Assembly: GCF_009914755.1 (NCBI RefSeq)
Contig: NC_060930.1
DNA length: 64,000 nucleotides
Origin: the human T2T-CHM13v2.0 reference genome, Homo sapiens
Strand: one strand, 5' to 3'
Position numbers and translations under genes: made by a program. Below are positions 60,172 through 64,000 of the stretch, piece after piece. Every line of letters begins with the position of its first letter. Positions within the stretch are counted from its first letter, which is position 1. The notes below the pieces were generated by a model. That model saw only the letters and a program-made list of their open reading frames with translations. It was not told the DNA's origin and ran no database searches.

Positions 60172-62732
60172 CCAAACCTACATTGTATTTTAAAGTTAGC
60201 ATATAATTTGCTAGTCAGAAGGCAGCTCTTTTTGTACTGTATGTTTAACATATAGTAATGACACAGATACTAGTAAGTGTGTTTTAAGCAGGAAACAATA
60301 AATCAGTGTTTCTTACATTTATTTTTGGAACACTTCTTCCAAGAGGAGAGGAAATGATTCTCTGTCTAAATAATTGTGGAAAACACTTGAATAAAGTTAT
60401 GCAGGTTACTTTACAGCAAGTTTATTCAGCCCGTAATATACTAATAGGCCTTGGATATCTCCAAAGGTGAGTATGCAGTGCAGCATTCTCCAAAGTCATC
60501 TCATCCCAGAACCATTTTTATGTGGAGCATCCTATGAACTAGGCATTTTTAGAACAACCTTGGAAAACAATAGACTAGAGAGAGAAAGATGTACCAGTTC
60601 TATCATTTATATTGAATTTTGCTATTGTAAAGCATTTATGTTGAATTTTCTTGTTGACTTTTTGCATAAGATAATGAAGATGACAGCAGAATAAATCATT
60701 CTTTCTCTACTTCTAGTATATTGAATGTCTTCTAGAAAAACTCTCAGTAGTGATAACCTTAAATACCTGTTTGACAACAAAGATATCATGAAGGTAAAAC
60801 AAAGCAAGAAGAAAAAAGAGCACAGTTTCAGAAAGAATAATGGATGCATTAAAGTAAGTCATTTGCTGAGGGGCAGATAAGTCAGTGGTATGTTACAGTC
60901 AGAAATAATGTACCATGAGAGGACTGAAAGGACACTCAAACACTTGCTTAATTTGGGTAATGATGATTATTTATTCGAAGAATGCTCTATGTCTACATTA
61001 ACTATAAAACTGTTTTTAGTTATGAAAAATATATTCACAAAACTAAATTGAAACTCAATTTTGTTTTGATAACATTACCAGTTTAATTAACACATTCACA
61101 AATGATGAAATTATGGGCAGCATATTTTAAATTAAGATTGCTAACCTAAATTTCAAGAAATAGAGACAATTTATGCTTGTTCAGAATTCAGAAAAAGCAT
61201 TTAAAACTAGATTATGTTACTGCATGAAACTTTTTCCCCACTCATGGTGAACAGAGTTCTTCCCTAGGGTTGGGAATAACAAGGATGAATGAAATCTTCC
61301 GATAATTCAAAAGCTTAATTTTAGTTCACAGTTCCAATTTCCTTCTCTAGTAAATCATATCAATACTGGTAAAAACTAGAAAACATGACTAATTTTAGTT
61401 TAGTTATTTTTCCAACTCCTGCTCACACATTAATTTAATGAGCAATGAGAGTTCATAAAGCATAGCACAGGAGAGAGAAGAGGAGAAAAAAAGAACATCA
61501 GGAAAAAAATAGTCTACTGGCTGGGTAATCACTTCTTAAATTAATGAAGAAAGCACTGGCAAAATTGGAATTCAAAACAATGCTGACAGAGTGAAAAGCC
61601 TCTTTTAATGGTATTGTTAAGATACCTACTGAAAGAGTGACCACTTTTTATTTACAGACCCAGGCTGTTTGGAAAACGTGCATATGCACACTACTTAAAG
61701 TAAGGGAAGCAACCAGTGTACATGTTGTTAGTAATGACATTCTGTGGTAGGATTTTTGGACTATTCCTTATCTTAAACAAAAGGGATTAAAGGATTCCAG
61801 AAGAGCAGTCTGGACCCATATTGCCAAGCACCAAGTAAGTCTACAGCAATTGCCACTGAATGGATGAAAGAATGACAAAATGAAGAAATGGCAGAAAGAG
61901 GGGATGCTGCCTTTGATATTAGTTCTTATTTTATGCCCTAGTTGTTCATTTGTGCCTAATTTCTTTTTAATTTTGTGAACTGCCTAATATGTTATTTCCC
62001 CTAGGCCTAGTATCTTTTCCCCTGTCCCCTATTTTGCCTTGCTCTTGCCCCCTACTGATGGACTTCCCTGATGCCAACTGCCTTCCCAAATTTCCAAGTT
62101 TTGCTTACTCTTGGATCCTCTTTTATACTGTGTCTTCTCTCATCTCCCTGACTACCATATGTAGGGCCAATGAAATCTGTAGCTACTGATTTCCTGCACA
62201 CTCATCTGTTTTCTTGTCCACTTCCTTCCTGTTGGGTCTGGCTCCACGGTCTATCTCCCTGTCTCCAGTTTATCTGCCCTACCACTATGGAGTTACCTGA
62301 GGGCGTACATGGTTGCCTCATGGTATCTCCATGGATGTGAACCTATTTAAACAACTAGATATTTTTAAGTAAATATTAATTGCATCAATACTATCAGTCC
62401 AAGTTTGTGGACATACTCATAATCCATGAAAAGACTCCTCACATATGGCCAGGCGAGGACTATAACTGTTGGGGGAGCTCTATGTGATTCCAAGTTCCCA
62501 GAGGTTCTAGCTTCAACTATCTGGTGTGAAGATTCTCACACACAGTCAGGCTCAGGAACCACAGGCTGTGTGTCATATTTTTTTACACTGAACTGGCTTC
62601 TGAACACCAGCTGTGATTCATCTGACTAAAGCAGCTTGGATAGATAGCAGTGCTGTGCTGTAGTTTCTGTTATTTCTTACTTCAGATATTCTCTTACATG
62701 TTAGACTTTTGGAAGATTTTTTAAAAGAATCC

Positions 62733-62735
<3 letters not shown>

Positions 62736-62766
<31 letters not shown>

Positions 62767-63047
62767 AGACGGAGTCTGACTCTGTCACCCAGGCTAGAGT
62801 ACAGTGGTGCAATCTTGGCTCACTGCAACCTCTGCCTCCCAGGTTCAAGCAATTCTCTGCCCCAGCCTCCTGAGTAGCTGGGATTACAGGTGCATGCCAC
62901 CACGCCCGGCTAATATTTTTGTATTTTTAGTAGAGACAAGGGTTTCACCATCTTGGCCAGGCTGGTCTTGAACTCCTGACCTCGTGATCCACCCGCCTTG
63001 GCTTCCCAAAGTGCTGAGATTACAGACATAAGCCACCATGCCCAGCC
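62736..63047 (-). mobile_element. AluSg-like SINE
   Basis: 30-nt poly-T, gacctcgtgatcc, TSD agaatccaactttt (62726-62739 and 63049-63062). Confidence 0.96.
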
Positions 63048-63069
63048 TAGAATCCAACTTTTTAATGTA

Positions 63070-63286
63070 GAATTGTAGAAAACAGCATGGAGATCCCTTT
63101 AAAAAATTAAAAATACAGTTACCATATGATCCATTCCACTTTTGTGTGTTTACCCAAGAGAATTAAAAGCAGGATCTCAAAGAGAGATTTTTACACCCAT
63201 GTTCACAGTGACATTATTTACAATAGCCAAAAATGGAAGCAAGGCAAGTGTCCACTTATGGATAAATGGATAACTAAAACATGATA

Positions 63287-63319
<33 letters not shown>

Positions 63320-63720
63320 TGGAATATTACATATATAATATATATACAAAATATTCTCTCTATATAATCACTATTCAGCCTTTAAAAAGAAGGAAATCCT
63401 GACACATGTTATAATATTAATGAACCTTGAAGTCATTATGCTAAGTGAAATAAGCCAGCACAAAAAGACAAATACTGTATGATTTCACTTATATGTGGTG
63501 CTTATAATAGTCAGATTCATAGAATTTGATATTAGAATTATGGTTCCCAGGGGCTGGGAGGAAAGGGGAATGGGGAGTTATTGTTTAATGGGTATAGAGT
63601 TTCAGTTTTGCAGAATGAAAAAAGTTCTGAAGATGGATAGTAGTGATAATTACAGAACAATATGAATGTACTTAATACCACTGAACTTTACGTGTAAAGT
63701 TGGTTAAGATGGTCAGTTTT
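63070..63720 (+). mobile_element. L1MB/L1MA-like 3' end containing (TG)n(AG)n at about 63287-63318
   Basis: ttaccatatgatcc...cacccatgttcacag...atgctaagtgaaataagccag...gggtatagagtttcagtttt...gtacttaataccactgaact. Confidence 0.88.
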
Positions 63721-64000
63721 GGTCCTGAGAACGTGAGTCCACGCGTCTGGTTGCCCGTGAGTCCAGCCTTAGCCCACGCAGCTTTCAGTCATGGCCTCCG
63801 TAATCGCGCGCATGGCATAGCCCGCCCCTGACTTCAAGGCCACCGCCGTGGTGGATGGATAGCGCTTTCAAAGAAGTGAAGCTGTAGGACTACAAAGAGA
63901 AATACGTGGTCCTCTTTTTCTACCCTCTGCACTTCACTTTTGTGTGCCCCACGGAGATCATCGCGTTCAGCGACCATGCCGAGGACTTCCGCAAGCTGGG
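63721..64000 (+). pseudogene. PRDX2 (retrocopy): Processed pseudogene of peroxiredoxin 2, 5' part, continuing beyond the window
   Basis: 5' UTR ...gcccacgcagctttcagtc, ATG at 63791, then MAS..AR..*PAPDFKATAVVD, a 4-nt insertion, [44 protein letters not shown]. Stops at 63818-63820 and 63885-63887. No introns visible. Confidence 0.96.

Noticed and set aside
63721-64000. Assigning a specific pseudogene number or chromosomal locus
   Set aside because: Several PRDX2 pseudogenes exist and the locus cannot be fixed without a genome search.

Overview
Primate (almost certainly human or great ape) AT-rich, CpG-depleted genomic DNA with no intact protein-coding gene, RNA gene, CRISPR array or prokaryotic system. 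Most of the window is interspersed repeat: 11 Alu-family SINEs, young and old L1 pieces, MIR, L2, MaLR/ERVL/ERV1 solo LTRs and DNA transposons (MER1A, MER44, MER2). There are two retrocopies. (1) A minus-strand TTC22-derived processed pseudogene at about 19479-21628, which appears to be a copy of a non-canonical spliced isoform: a non-TTC22 5' leader, then the internal TTC22 coding block, then an antisense AluJ exon, then a MIR-containing 3' region, all between a 20-bp target-site duplication. (2) The 5' part of a PRDX2 processed pseudogene at 63721 to the window end. Other structural oddities are an Alu with an inverted 5' end between a perfect 16-bp TSD, a two-subfamily L1 chimera, a young L1 ORF2 piece that stops abruptly at the window start, and a small templated-insertion-like scar. 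Gene and repeat names come from recalled sequences, not from database searches. Repeat boundaries without a stated TSD are approximate.
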